DNA from: Actinomycetota bacterium
GTDB taxonomy: Bacteria; Actinomycetota; Actinomycetes; Nanopelagicales; Nanopelagicaceae
Reading direction: 5' to 3'
Assembly: GCA_947372165.1 (NCBI GenBank)
Contig: CANBSP010000003.1
Span: 31,230-95,229 of the forward strand
Length of the DNA: 64,000 nt
Made by a program: the position numbers and the translations under genes. Each line of letters begins with the position of its first letter. Positions within the stretch are counted from its first letter, which is position 1. This document shows, one piece after another, positions 31,938 through 40,242 of this stretch. The notes beneath the pieces were generated by a model that saw only the letters and a program-made list of their open reading frames with translations, made no database searches and was not told the origin of the DNA.

Positions 31938-32366
31938 ATGGAAAATCAGATTGGTCGTCGCGCAGTTATTTGTGGCGCTATCGCTCTTGCAGTAGGGGTT
32001 ACCCCTGATATTGCAGAGGCAGCTACTTCCGCAGTTGGTATTACACAACTTAAGAGTGGAAAACTCAGTGTCGATCTCACTAAGAATCCAACGCTTAAAA
32101 AAGTTGGCGGCGTAGTCACCATCGACCTAGCAAATGGATCTTCCCTTGCAATTGTCCGTACCGCAGCAGGAGTAAATGGATTATCAGTATTAAATCTCAG
32201 CTGTACACATCAAGGTGTCCCAGTAGTACAAAGTGGTACGAAGTGGCTCTGCCCAGCACATGGCTCACAATTTTCCTTAGCCGGAAAAGTAGTTCAGGGC
32301 CCCGCTCGAACGGCACTGTTTAAGTATCCGTCGAGCGCGACCCTGAAGACGCTTCTTATAGGTTAA
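31938..32366 (+). CDS. Exported Rieske [2Fe-2S] domain protein (Tat signal)
   Basis: ORF 31899..32366 trimmed to ATG 31938. MENQIGRRAVICGAIALAVG...AEA is a twin-arginine signal. Rieske ligand boxes CTHQG and CPAHG are present. Confidence 0.8.
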   Translation: MENQIGRRAVICGAIALAVGVTPDIAEAATSAVGITQLKSGKLSVDLTKNPTLKKVGGVVTIDLANGSSLAIVRTAAGVNGLSVLNLSCTHQGVPVVQSGTKWLCPAHGSQFSLAGKVVQGPARTALFKYPSSATLKTLLIG

Positions 32367-32373
32367 CGAGCTT

Positions 32374-33249
32374 TTACAAGCCTGCCTTACATGCAGCCTT
32401 GCGAACGAGAAGAGCTTGATCAGAAGCAGATTTGATTGTCTGTGCCTGAGCTGGCTGACTTGCAATCGCAGCGTTGTAGCGAGTTGTCATTGAATCAACT
32501 TGCTCTTGCGCCTTGGTGAGCTTGGATTGGAAGTTAGCAGGAACCTTCTGGAGGTTGGCAATGTTCTTCTGAGCATTGCTTATGGCGCTGTCATAACTTG
32601 AATATGCACGGATCCAGAGACCGAAATTCTGAACATTCACATCAGCATTTCCGCTTGTAGTAGAAGTTGAAGCTTCCCAACCAGCGATCTGCGTTGCTGT
32701 GTACTTTGCTGCAAGTGTGAGCTTGATAGCATCGCGCTGCTTTCCAGCAGCATCGCGCTTTGTGGTATCAGCGCTGATCTTGGCATTGATCGCAGCAATC
32801 GCGGCATCAATACCGACAACGGTAATAGGAGCAGTCGGCTTCACTGTGTGGTCATAGCCAACAATATATTTCTTCGTCTGCGCAGCAGCGATTCCTTGGT
32901 TCAAAACATCGATGGAGTGCTTTGAGGCATCGATTGAAGCCTTGATCGCGGCTAGGGTTGAAGTTTGAGAGGTAACAAAATCATCGTATTGCGCCTTGGT
33001 TGATTTGTAAGCCTTATCTGCATCAAAGCAGGTGCTGAGAGTCCAAGTAAGTCCGGCAGGAGTTCCTGCTGGGTTAGTTGTGCAGGTGTACTTCACACCG
33101 CTCACAGTCTTCACAGCCTTCGCTGGCGAACACTTGACGCCCTGCTTGATAGTGGCTGCCTGCGCTGATGAGATTCCAGCTGTGGTTCCTGAGACGATCA
33201 GAACCAAGGCTGCGAGCGCCGGGCCGACTTTTCTTAGCTTTGATGACAT
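32374..33249 (-). CDS. Secreted Ala/Thr/Lys-rich, predicted helical protein of unknown function with a small Cys-containing N-terminal module
   Basis: ORF trimmed to ATG 33249 (GGAG upstream). The signal peptide is MSSKLRKVGPALAALVLIVSGTTAGISSAQA. The mature protein has 4 Cys in total: 3 in the N-terminal module (CSPAK...YTCTT...STC) and 1 near the C-terminus (AACK). Confidence 0.7.
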   Translation of the reverse strand: MSSKLRKVGPALAALVLIVSGTTAGISSAQAATIKQGVKCSPAKAVKTVSGVKYTCTTNPAGTPAGLTWTLSTCFDADKAYKSTKAQYDDFVTSQTSTLAAIKASIDASKHSIDVLNQGIAAAQTKKYIVGYDHTVKPTAPITVVGIDAAIAAINAKISADTTKRDAAGKQRDAIKLTLAAKYTATQIAGWEASTSTTSGNADVNVQNFGLWIRAYSSYDSAISNAQKNIANLQKVPANFQSKLTKAQEQVDSMTTRYNAAIASQPAQAQTIKSASDQALLVRKAACKAGL

Positions 33250-33446
33250 CTTCTGCTCCTCTATATAAATCCTACAAACGATTGTGGGGTTGGTATCGAG
33301 CCGAAGGTTCCCAACGGCTATGCGCGCAATTCTACGGTGCAACGCCTGCCGCCTCCTTGATATCCACGCAATAGAGGGGGTGAAAAGGCTGAGAATCTTG
33401 GTCAAAATAGTGAGTTAGGGTTGGATTGGAAGAGAAGCAGCAACAC

Positions 33447-33519
33447 GTCCCAGTAGCTCAGTGGATAGAGCAACCGCCTCCTAAGCGGTAGGTCGCCGGT
33501 TCAACTCCGGCCTGGGACA
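33447..33519 (+). tRNA. tRNA-Arg (anticodon CCT)
   Basis: Manual cloverleaf: acceptor gtcccag/ctgggac, D arm gctc-agtggata-gagc, anticodon arm accgc-ctCCTaa-gcggt, T arm gccgg-ttcaact-ccggc, discriminator A. CCA is not encoded. Confidence 0.9.
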
Positions 33520-33536
33520 CCCGTGATTTCGAAGAT

Positions 33537-34376
33537 TTACTGGAAGATAACGGTTCGAGCTCCAACAATAAAGATTCGATCTTGAGCAAAGAGTTTTACC
33601 GCTTGAGAGAGAACACGACGTTCGATATCGCGACCGATCGCAATAAGATCTTCTGGTGTCGCCGAATGAGTTACATGGGCAACATCTTGGGTGATGATCG
33701 GACCCTCATCGAGATGAGGTGTCACAAAGTGAGCTGTTGCGCCGATGATCTTTACGCCGCGCTCATGGGCTTGGTGGTAAGGCTTTGCACCTTTAAATCC
33801 CGGCAAGAATGAGTGATGAATATTGATGACCTTGCCATCGAGAATCTGGCAGAACTTCTCACTCAAGATCTGCATATATCGAGCCAGTACAACGAGTTCG
33901 ATCTCTTCTTTCGCAATGAGGTCAAGAATCTCTTTTTCGGCAATTTCTTTGCCCATGGTTGCGACTGGGAGATAGATAAAGGCGAGTCCATGGGATTCAA
34001 CCAATGGACGAAGTGTTTCGTGATTTGAGAGCACGCCAACAATATCGATCGGCATCTCATTGAGTTCTTGGAGATAGAGCAGGTCTCGAAGGCAGTGGCT
34101 CTCTGTCGTAGCCATGATGAGTGTGCGCTTTCGCGAATCTGTTGGTCGGAAAGTCAGGGTGGGGGAGAGATGCGCCAAGCCTTCGGTGATAGCTGACTTC
34201 GCCTGGTCCAGAGTCTGTTCGCTCTCGATTCTGGTACGCATCACAAAGGTATTTGTTGGGGCATCGGTGAACTGTTGATTCTCAATGATATTGCCCTTGC
34301 ATGCCAAGACCGCAGAGGTCATCGCGTGAACAATGCCGGGTTGATCCTGACATTGCAGAGTAACGATCAAATCCAT
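33537..34376 (-). CDS. purU: Formyltetrahydrofolate deformylase
   Basis: ORF trimmed to ATG 34376. N-terminal ACT domain (LIVTLQCQDQPGIVH) and the formyltransferase motif INIHHSFLPGFKGAKPY. Confidence 0.9.
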   Translation of the reverse strand: MDLIVTLQCQDQPGIVHAMTSAVLACKGNIIENQQFTDAPTNTFVMRTRIESEQTLDQAKSAITEGLAHLSPTLTFRPTDSRKRTLIMATTESHCLRDLLYLQELNEMPIDIVGVLSNHETLRPLVESHGLAFIYLPVATMGKEIAEKEILDLIAKEEIELVVLARYMQILSEKFCQILDGKVINIHHSFLPGFKGAKPYHQAHERGVKIIGATAHFVTPHLDEGPIITQDVAHVTHSATPEDLIAIGRDIERRVLSQAVKLFAQDRIFIVGARTVIFQ

Positions 34377-34402
34377 AGTCAAAGGGTAAAGCGAATCTAT
34401 CC

Positions 34403-36502
34403 CTAGTGGGAAATTGTGAAGCGTTTCATCCATTTCGGGGCCCACCAGTTGCGCTCACCGAAGAGGCGCATGAGTGCTGGGACTAAGAGTCCACGAACAA
34501 CAGTTGCATCAAGGATCACGGCAAAGGCGACGCCAAAGCCAAGAGTCTTGATATTGGTGACACCGCTGGTGATGAAGGCAGCGAATGCGATCGCTAGAAG
34601 CAAAGCGGCGGCGGTAATGATCCGCGCTGAACGTTGGAGACCTGTGGCTACAGCATCCTCATTCTGCTTACCTGATTCGTGCTCCTCTTTGATTCGAGAG
34701 AGAAGGAAGACTTCGTAGTCCATGGAGAGGGCGAAGGTCACGACCGATACCAAGATCACCATGGAGGTATCGATGGTGTGGGTATTTGTGAACGAGCCGA
34801 CGAGCCAACCAAGATGGCCATCGATGAAGATCCAGGTAATGGCTCCCATCATTGCGACTAACGAGATGATGTTGAGGATGACTGCTTTGATCGGGAGAAT
34901 GATCGAACCAGTAAAGAGGAAGAGCAGAATCAGAACACCAAGTGCGATCCAGCCGAAGGCCCATGGAAGTGTCTTGCCGATTCCGTTCTGGGTATCCGTG
35001 TAATCGGCTGCAACGCCACCAATCAAGATTGGCATAGGAGTCGGAATTGCTCTGATTGCTGTGATGAGGGCCTCTGCTTCATTTGTTCGCGGTGCCATCG
35101 AGTGGATCGCAGAGAAGTAGACAGATGTGCCCACAACCTGATCTGCGCTCACGCGAACCACTCCAGGTACCTTGGCAACCTGTTCTTTATAAGCGGTGAG
35201 TTCGCTCTCGTGAGCGGCAACGTTTGGAACCACAAATTGAATGGGATTCCCTTCTTGTCCCGGGAAATCTTGGACTGAGGCCCCATTGGCGATCGCAATG
35301 GGCGATGACGCTGGCATCACGCGCGCATCGGCTTCTGAAAAGACGATGTTACGAACGGGTGAAGCAATAACTGTAAGAACAGTAAGTGAGAGCACGACCA
35401 CTGCAACTGGTCGGCGCATAACAAATCGAGCTGTCTGCGCCCATCGACCATCAGATTTTGGCGTTACGGCGCTCTTACGAATGACGAGTGAATCGATACG
35501 CGTGCCCATCATCGCCAATATTGCAGGGAATGGGAGAAGTGCAACGAGTACTGCAACAGCCACAACACTCATTCCGGCATAACCGAATGATTTCAAGAAC
35601 ATCAATGGGAAGAAGGTAAGTGAGGCGAGGGTGATGAAGACAGTGAGGCCAGAGTAGAAGACGGTCTTGCCTGCAGTCCGCACGGTGTTGACGATGGCGC
35701 TCTCGACATCCTGGCCGTGATGAAGCTCTTCTCGGAAGCGATTAACGACAAGGAGTGCGTAATCGATACCAAGTCCAAGCCCCATGCCAGTGATCAAATT
35801 GAGAGCAAAGATGCTGACGCCAGTTACTAGTGAGATTAAGTAGATGATTCCGAGCGATCCGATAATTGCCCCAACTCCAACAATCAGAGGTGTTGCACTG
35901 GCGATGAGGCCACCAAAGACGAAGAGTAGGAGGAGGAAGATCAGTGGTACGGAAATACCCTCGGCGAGTGCAAGATCTTTTGTGATCTTCTCATTCAGCG
36001 CAGAGTTGATTGCTGCGATGCCATTGACGTAGACGCGTAGGCCTTGGAATGTGCCATCATATTTTGCGGCGATCGACTTACCGAGATCGGCAGTCTTGTA
36101 GAGATCACTCTCTTGGGAGTAGATGAAGAGAAAGGCCGCGTGCTGATCTTTGCTCGCCAAAGCAGCAGCTCCGCCTGCGCTCCAATAGGAGAGTGTTTTA
36201 AGAACACCCTTCTCGCCAGCGAGTGACTTCTCGAGAGCGGCAGCTGAAGCGCGAACTGCGGGGTCGGTGATCAGTGATGATGACTTCACTTCGAGAATGA
36301 GCGCTGGATCTTGAATATGAAAAGTTGAGGTGAGGTATGTGCTGGCCTTTGCAGAATCACTATTGGGATTGGTGTAGCCACCGCCTGAAAGTCGTGGAAT
36401 AGCTAGCCCCGCCATCGCACCAAAGGCGATGAGAGCAACAATAAAGAGGGCTAGAACTGATTTGCGACGCTTAACGACCAGGTGGCCAATCTTCTCAAAC
36501 AT
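34403..36502 (-). CDS. MMPL family (RND superfamily) membrane transporter
   Basis: 699 aa. Two blocks of about 6 TM helices are each preceded by a large extracytoplasmic loop. No MmpS-like partner gene is adjacent. Confidence 0.85.
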   Translation of the reverse strand: MFEKIGHLVVKRRKSVLALFIVALIAFGAMAGLAIPRLSGGGYTNPNSDSAKASTYLTSTFHIQDPALILEVKSSSLITDPAVRASAAALEKSLAGEKGVLKTLSYWSAGGAAALASKDQHAAFLFIYSQESDLYKTADLGKSIAAKYDGTFQGLRVYVNGIAAINSALNEKITKDLALAEGISVPLIFLLLLFVFGGLIASATPLIVGVGAIIGSLGIIYLISLVTGVSIFALNLITGMGLGLGIDYALLVVNRFREELHHGQDVESAIVNTVRTAGKTVFYSGLTVFITLASLTFFPLMFLKSFGYAGMSVVAVAVLVALLPFPAILAMMGTRIDSLVIRKSAVTPKSDGRWAQTARFVMRRPVAVVVLSLTVLTVIASPVRNIVFSEADARVMPASSPIAIANGASVQDFPGQEGNPIQFVVPNVAAHESELTAYKEQVAKVPGVVRVSADQVVGTSVYFSAIHSMAPRTNEAEALITAIRAIPTPMPILIGGVAADYTDTQNGIGKTLPWAFGWIALGVLILLFLFTGSIILPIKAVILNIISLVAMMGAITWIFIDGHLGWLVGSFTNTHTIDTSMVILVSVVTFALSMDYEVFLLSRIKEEHESGKQNEDAVATGLQRSARIITAAALLLAIAFAAFITSGVTNIKTLGFGVAFAVILDATVVRGLLVPALMRLFGERNWWAPKWMKRFTISH

Positions 36503-36605
36503 GGGGTCTCTTCTCGTTTTTGGTTCCGGCAGTCAGCCATCAAGGTGGAGTAAAGTCAGGATATCGGATGATTCTTGAGGATCCCCAACGAAGAACAGGT
36601 GTGAC

Positions 36606-36725
36606 GTGGCGAAGATAATTCCAGATAAAACTGGTGACGATGAGATCAAAGATCCATCAGAGATAGCGGCCGAGAGCGCTCGGGATGCCGAGATTCGTGG
36701 AGATAAGCCGCCTCACCACGGTTAA
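36606..36725 (+). CDS. Candidate 39-codon ORF (VAKIIPDKTGDDEIKDPSEIAAESARDAEIRGDKPPHHG)
   Basis: Own translation: GTG 36606 lies 4 nt after AGGTG, and the TAA stop (36723-36725) is the first triplet touching the 13-bp repeat array. Acidic, with no TM segment. The only support is the open frame plus the RBS-like sequence. Confidence 0.25.
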   Translation: MAKIIPDKTGDDEIKDPSEIAAESARDAEIRGDKPPHHG

Positions 36726-36796
36726 ATCGACTGACTTAATCGACTGACTTAATCGACTGACTTAATCGACTGACTTAATCGACTGACTTAATCGAC
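36725..36796. repeat. 13-bp perfect tandem repeat aatcgactgactt x5 plus a 7-nt partial copy
   Basis: Read directly. Units occupy 36725-36737, -36750, -36763, -36776 and -36789, with a partial copy at 36790-36796. The array is bounded by the stop of the small + ORF and the stop of the FmdB-like gene (36788-36790). Confidence 0.95.
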
Positions 36797-37027
36797 AATT
36801 GGCTTGGTTGCCGATTGAGGTGGGTTGCTTGGCGTAGCTGTCGGAGCACTTGCCCGGGAGTCGGTCTTGTAGAAGCCAGATCCTTTAAAGACAACGCCTA
36901 CATTGTTGTAGACCTTACGGACCTCACCCTCGCATTGCGGGCAAATTGAGATAGCCTCATCAGTGAAGGATTGGACTACTTCGAACTCGTGGCCACAGGC
37001 GACGCAGGCATATTCGTAGGTAGGCAT
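36788..37027 (-). CDS. FmdB-family zinc-ribbon protein (putative regulatory protein)
   Basis: MPTYEYACVACGHEFEV...CPQCEG is the canonical CxxC...CxxC N-terminus. The C-terminal tail is Ser/Thr/Pro-rich. Confidence 0.88.
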   Translation of the reverse strand: MPTYEYACVACGHEFEVVQSFTDEAISICPQCEGEVRKVYNNVGVVFKGSGFYKTDSRASAPTATPSNPPQSATKPIVD

Positions 37028-37121
37028 ACCCCAGAGTCTAAAGTGATGAGAGAATTACTTCTAATCGTCGCAAGGAACTTGCAGGGGACTCGCAGGAAAA
37101 TCGAAGGGAAAGGAAGTAGCT

Positions 37122-37772
37122 GTGAAGAAAGTGACTCAGAAGGCTCGATTTGTAGGCTCGCTTCGACGCCTTGGTGCTTCGACTCTGGTTGCACTCACCC
37201 TAGCCCTCGGCTCCACTCCAGCTCTAGCGAACTCAATCACTGCGACCTCACCAACGTCTGGCGCAGTTTTGGGGATCGCACCCAATGCCGTTTCGGTCAC
37301 TGGCACAACTGCTCTCTCTGAGCAAGGTTCGACGATCGCCGTTACTGACCCGCATGGGTCACAGGTCGATGATGGATCCGTAACAATCTCGGACACCACA
37401 GCGGTGATCGGATTAAAGCCACTCACCACCGCTGGCGTCTATACCGTGACCTACTCACTCGTCTCCGCAACAGATGCCCCACTGACTGGGTCCTACACTT
37501 TTCTCTTCAACGCGCCAGCAACCGTCACATCATCATCACCGACGCCGATTGCGAGCGCTACTCCTGCAGCCGGTAAAGGAACTCATACCGCCGATATCTT
37601 CGTCATTATTTTGATGGTCTTTGCAATCTTTGTTAGCATCTTCTTGCTCTGGTATGCGCGAATGTTGTTGCGCGAATGGCAAGCGAAGAAGCGTAAATCG
37701 CGCGCAAAGTCCGCTGCTCGATCGAGTGCTGCAGCCAGGAAAGCCAAGATAGATAGGCCAGAGAAGGAATAA
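37122..37772 (+). CDS. CopC-domain protein with signal peptide and C-terminal membrane anchor
   Basis: GTG start after AAGGAAG. The signal peptide ends ...TPALA. The beta-sandwich region (SPTSGAVL...VSV...YTVTYSLVSATDAPLTGSYTFLF) resembles CopC. A C-terminal TM helix is followed by a Lys/Arg-rich tail. The mature N-terminus is Asn, not His. Confidence 0.7.
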   Translation: MKKVTQKARFVGSLRRLGASTLVALTLALGSTPALANSITATSPTSGAVLGIAPNAVSVTGTTALSEQGSTIAVTDPHGSQVDDGSVTISDTTAVIGLKPLTTAGVYTVTYSLVSATDAPLTGSYTFLFNAPATVTSSSPTPIASATPAAGKGTHTADIFVIILMVFAIFVSIFLLWYARMLLREWQAKKRKSRAKSAARSSAAARKAKIDRPEKE

Positions 37773-39665
37773 ATGGTGCACCTGTTCGCTGAAGTTCATA
37801 CTTTCTCGAATAATCCAGTTGTCACTGCTGCGCTCGCAATCACCAAAGGGCTCTACTTTCTCTCTGCTATCACCGCCTTTGGTCTGATCTTTGCCGTTGC
37901 CTTTTTCATCAGGGAAGAGCGCGGCCATCTGACAAGTGAAGGTCTTCGTGTAAAGAAGTTGGCCCACCTTGCCACCTTTGTCACTCTCGTCACCGTAATA
38001 GGCGGCACCTTTACCGAACTAGCCAATCTGCTGGGCGGATCATTGCTTGATGCCTTTGATGCTACGACGCTCCATTCATTCTTACTTCAGACTGCCGTTG
38101 GGCGCGACTTTCTTATTCAGGCGATGATCGCCTTATTCGTCATACTCTTTCTGCAGCGTGCTAAAAAGATCAGTGCCATGTACTGGGCGCTACTCCTCTC
38201 TGCTGGCGCGCTCATACTCCCTGTCTTCCAAAGTCATGCCAGTAACGCTGGAAACCATGGCGCAGCAATAGGTTCATTACTCTTCCACGTCCTCTTTATC
38301 TCGATCTGGGTAGGCGGAGTTATTGGGCTCGTAGTCATTGCGCCAGCCGAACGAGCAGCATCGTTAGCTCGTTTTAGCAGTGTCGCGCTCTGGGCTGCGG
38401 TCATCGTCGCAATCAGCGGAATCGTCAATGCCTGGACGCGACTTAATTTTCTTGCCGGGTGGGCAACTCTCTACGGAGTCCTTGTCGCACTAAAAGTGAT
38501 TCTCATGGCGATCTTGATCGGCTTCGGTGCGATCCATCGCAAGACCTTAGTGAAGGCTGATGGTGCGGTAAAAACTTTTGCGCTCTTAACAAATGAAGCT
38601 TTGGTTATGGTAATCACTGTAGCGATTGGTACCTGGTTATCGACAACCCAACCACCAGTTTCGGATGCTGCTGCAAGCGCACCGAGTGATGCAGTCGTCA
38701 ACCTCACCGGCATTGCAATGCCTAGCCAACCAACACTCTGGCGAATCTTGAGTGCCTATATTCCTGATGGCACCTTCCTAGGAATCCTCTTGCTTGCCAC
38801 CGCACTTTATATTCGTGGCGTCATTGTGCTGAGTCGGCGCGGTGATAAGTGGCCGGTCGGTCGAACTCTCGCATTCGCCTTCGGTATCTCCTTTGCTGAT
38901 TTTGCAACATCTGGCGGACTCGGTGTTTATGCCCACTTCGCCTTTTCGTATCACATGATTGCCCACATGGTCTTGGGAATGGTTGCGCCAATCTGCTTCG
39001 TCTTGAGCGCCCCGATCACTCTTGCACTTCGGACACTTCCTACTGGTCGAACAGAGCTCGAGCGAGGAATGCGTGGATCACTGATTGCAATCATTCATTC
39101 ACGATATTCGGTCATCATCACTAATCCGGTAACAGCGCTACTCATCTTCGACGGTTCACTCTTTGGCCTCTACCTCACGCCTATTTATGGCTCACTCATG
39201 CGCAGCCATAGTGGCCATCTCTTGATGAATATCCACTTCTTGCTTGCTGGCTACCTCTTCTTCTACGTCATCGTGGGAGTTGACCCAAATCCCCGCAAGG
39301 TGCCACATATCGTGCGCATTATCGTGCTCTTTGCGGCGATGAGTATTCACGCCTTCTTCTCGATTACCTTGCTCTCGACATCAACTCTCGTTGATGGTGG
39401 CTACTTTGCACTCTTGCATCGCCCGTGGAACCTTGATCTTCTCGCAGATCAACATGCAGGTGGAGCTATCGGTTGGGCAATGGGGGAGATTCCGATTCTC
39501 TTCGCCCTCGTCGCCACCTTCCTTCAATGGGTTCGTGAAGATAAACGCGAGACAAAGCGGATTGATCGAGCAGCGGACCGTGCCGCTGCAATGGGAGAAG
39601 ATGATGCCCTCGCCCAATACAACTCTTACTTACGTGAGTTAAACACCCGAGAACCGAACGATTAA
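37773..39665 (+). CDS. Fused CopD-like / cytochrome c oxidase assembly (CtaG, caa3-type)-like polytopic membrane protein
   Basis: 630 aa, polytopic throughout. It starts immediately after the CopC gene stop. The N-terminal half is CopD-like and the C-terminal half CtaG-like, as in actinobacterial 'bifunctional CopD/CtaG' annotations. Assigned by recall of family architecture. Confidence 0.65.
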   Translation: MVHLFAEVHTFSNNPVVTAALAITKGLYFLSAITAFGLIFAVAFFIREERGHLTSEGLRVKKLAHLATFVTLVTVIGGTFTELANLLGGSLLDAFDATTLHSFLLQTAVGRDFLIQAMIALFVILFLQRAKKISAMYWALLLSAGALILPVFQSHASNAGNHGAAIGSLLFHVLFISIWVGGVIGLVVIAPAERAASLARFSSVALWAAVIVAISGIVNAWTRLNFLAGWATLYGVLVALKVILMAILIGFGAIHRKTLVKADGAVKTFALLTNEALVMVITVAIGTWLSTTQPPVSDAAASAPSDAVVNLTGIAMPSQPTLWRILSAYIPDGTFLGILLLATALYIRGVIVLSRRGDKWPVGRTLAFAFGISFADFATSGGLGVYAHFAFSYHMIAHMVLGMVAPICFVLSAPITLALRTLPTGRTELERGMRGSLIAIIHSRYSVIITNPVTALLIFDGSLFGLYLTPIYGSLMRSHSGHLLMNIHFLLAGYLFFYVIVGVDPNPRKVPHIVRIIVLFAAMSIHAFFSITLLSTSTLVDGGYFALLHRPWNLDLLADQHAGGAIGWAMGEIPILFALVATFLQWVREDKRETKRIDRAADRAAAMGEDDALAQYNSYLRELNTREPND

Positions 39666-40205
39666 TTCTGGCGTTGCCGCTGCATTCACTCGTTGGTCGT
39701 GATCCTCAAGTGGCAAAGGCTCGTTGGTAATCTCGCCATGATGGACAAGTGCAATCTTCCAGGCTGTTAACTTCTGAAGTGCACGGTCATATGACCCGCC
39801 GCCTTGGCCGAGTCGGTTTCCACTCCGGTCAATATGTAAGGCCGGAACAATCACAATCTGGATGGCAGAGAGCTCTTGAAAGGCGAAGCCATGTGGTTCA
39901 AGCACCTTGCCGTGGGTAGCCAGAGAATTCTCGCCCCCATCCCATAGGACCCATTCCAGATCTTTGTCAGGCAGGAGTCGTGGAAGTAAGAGGCGGACGC
40001 CACGTCTGATTAATTCGGCATTGATATCGGCAGTAGTTGGTTCATCCCCATAGGAGTAGTAACTGGCGACATAGGAAGCCCCAGTGAACTCGGCGGCATC
40101 AAGGATATGGAGCCACGACTCTTCAATGAATCGATCGCGACGTTCACTCCGAAAGCGGCTGCGCAGTAGTGACTTATCTGACTCGCTCACATCTGCCTTT
40201 CGCAT
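39639..40205 (-). CDS. 5-formyltetrahydrofolate cyclo-ligase
   Basis: GNRLGQGGGSYDRAL motif, 188 aa. Its 3' end overlaps the convergent CopD/CtaG gene by 27 nt. Confidence 0.85.
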   Translation of the reverse strand: MRKADVSESDKSLLRSRFRSERRDRFIEESWLHILDAAEFTGASYVASYYSYGDEPTTADINAELIRRGVRLLLPRLLPDKDLEWVLWDGGENSLATHGKVLEPHGFAFQELSAIQIVIVPALHIDRSGNRLGQGGGSYDRALQKLTAWKIALVHHGEITNEPLPLEDHDQRVNAAATPELIVRFSGV

Positions 40206-40211
40206 GGCAAT

Positions 40212-40242
40212 ACCTTAGTAGGGCGCCCATGCAAAGTAGGGT
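40212..40242. promoter_or_regulatory. Back-to-back -10-like hexamers for two divergent, apparently leaderless genes
   Basis: Plus strand: TAGGGT (40237-40242), then agaacc, then ATG 40249. Minus strand: TAAGGT (40217-40212), then attgcc, then ATG 40205. The whole intergenic region is 43 bp and has no Shine-Dalgarno sequence on either side. Confidence 0.45.

Noticed and set aside
30510-33519. Possible tRNA-Arg-associated genomic island containing the GGDEF, Rieske and secreted-protein genes
   Set aside because: No integrase, recombinase or phage gene is present. I could not find a direct repeat of the tRNA 3' end. The genes lie on the 5' side of the tRNA rather than downstream of its 3' end. 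I kept it only as a 'non-core patch' observation.
36725-36796. CRISPR array or intrinsic terminator at the 13-bp repeats
   Set aside because: The units are contiguous with no spacers and far shorter than CRISPR repeats. There are no cas genes. The unit has no dyad symmetry and no T-tract, so it cannot form a terminator hairpin.
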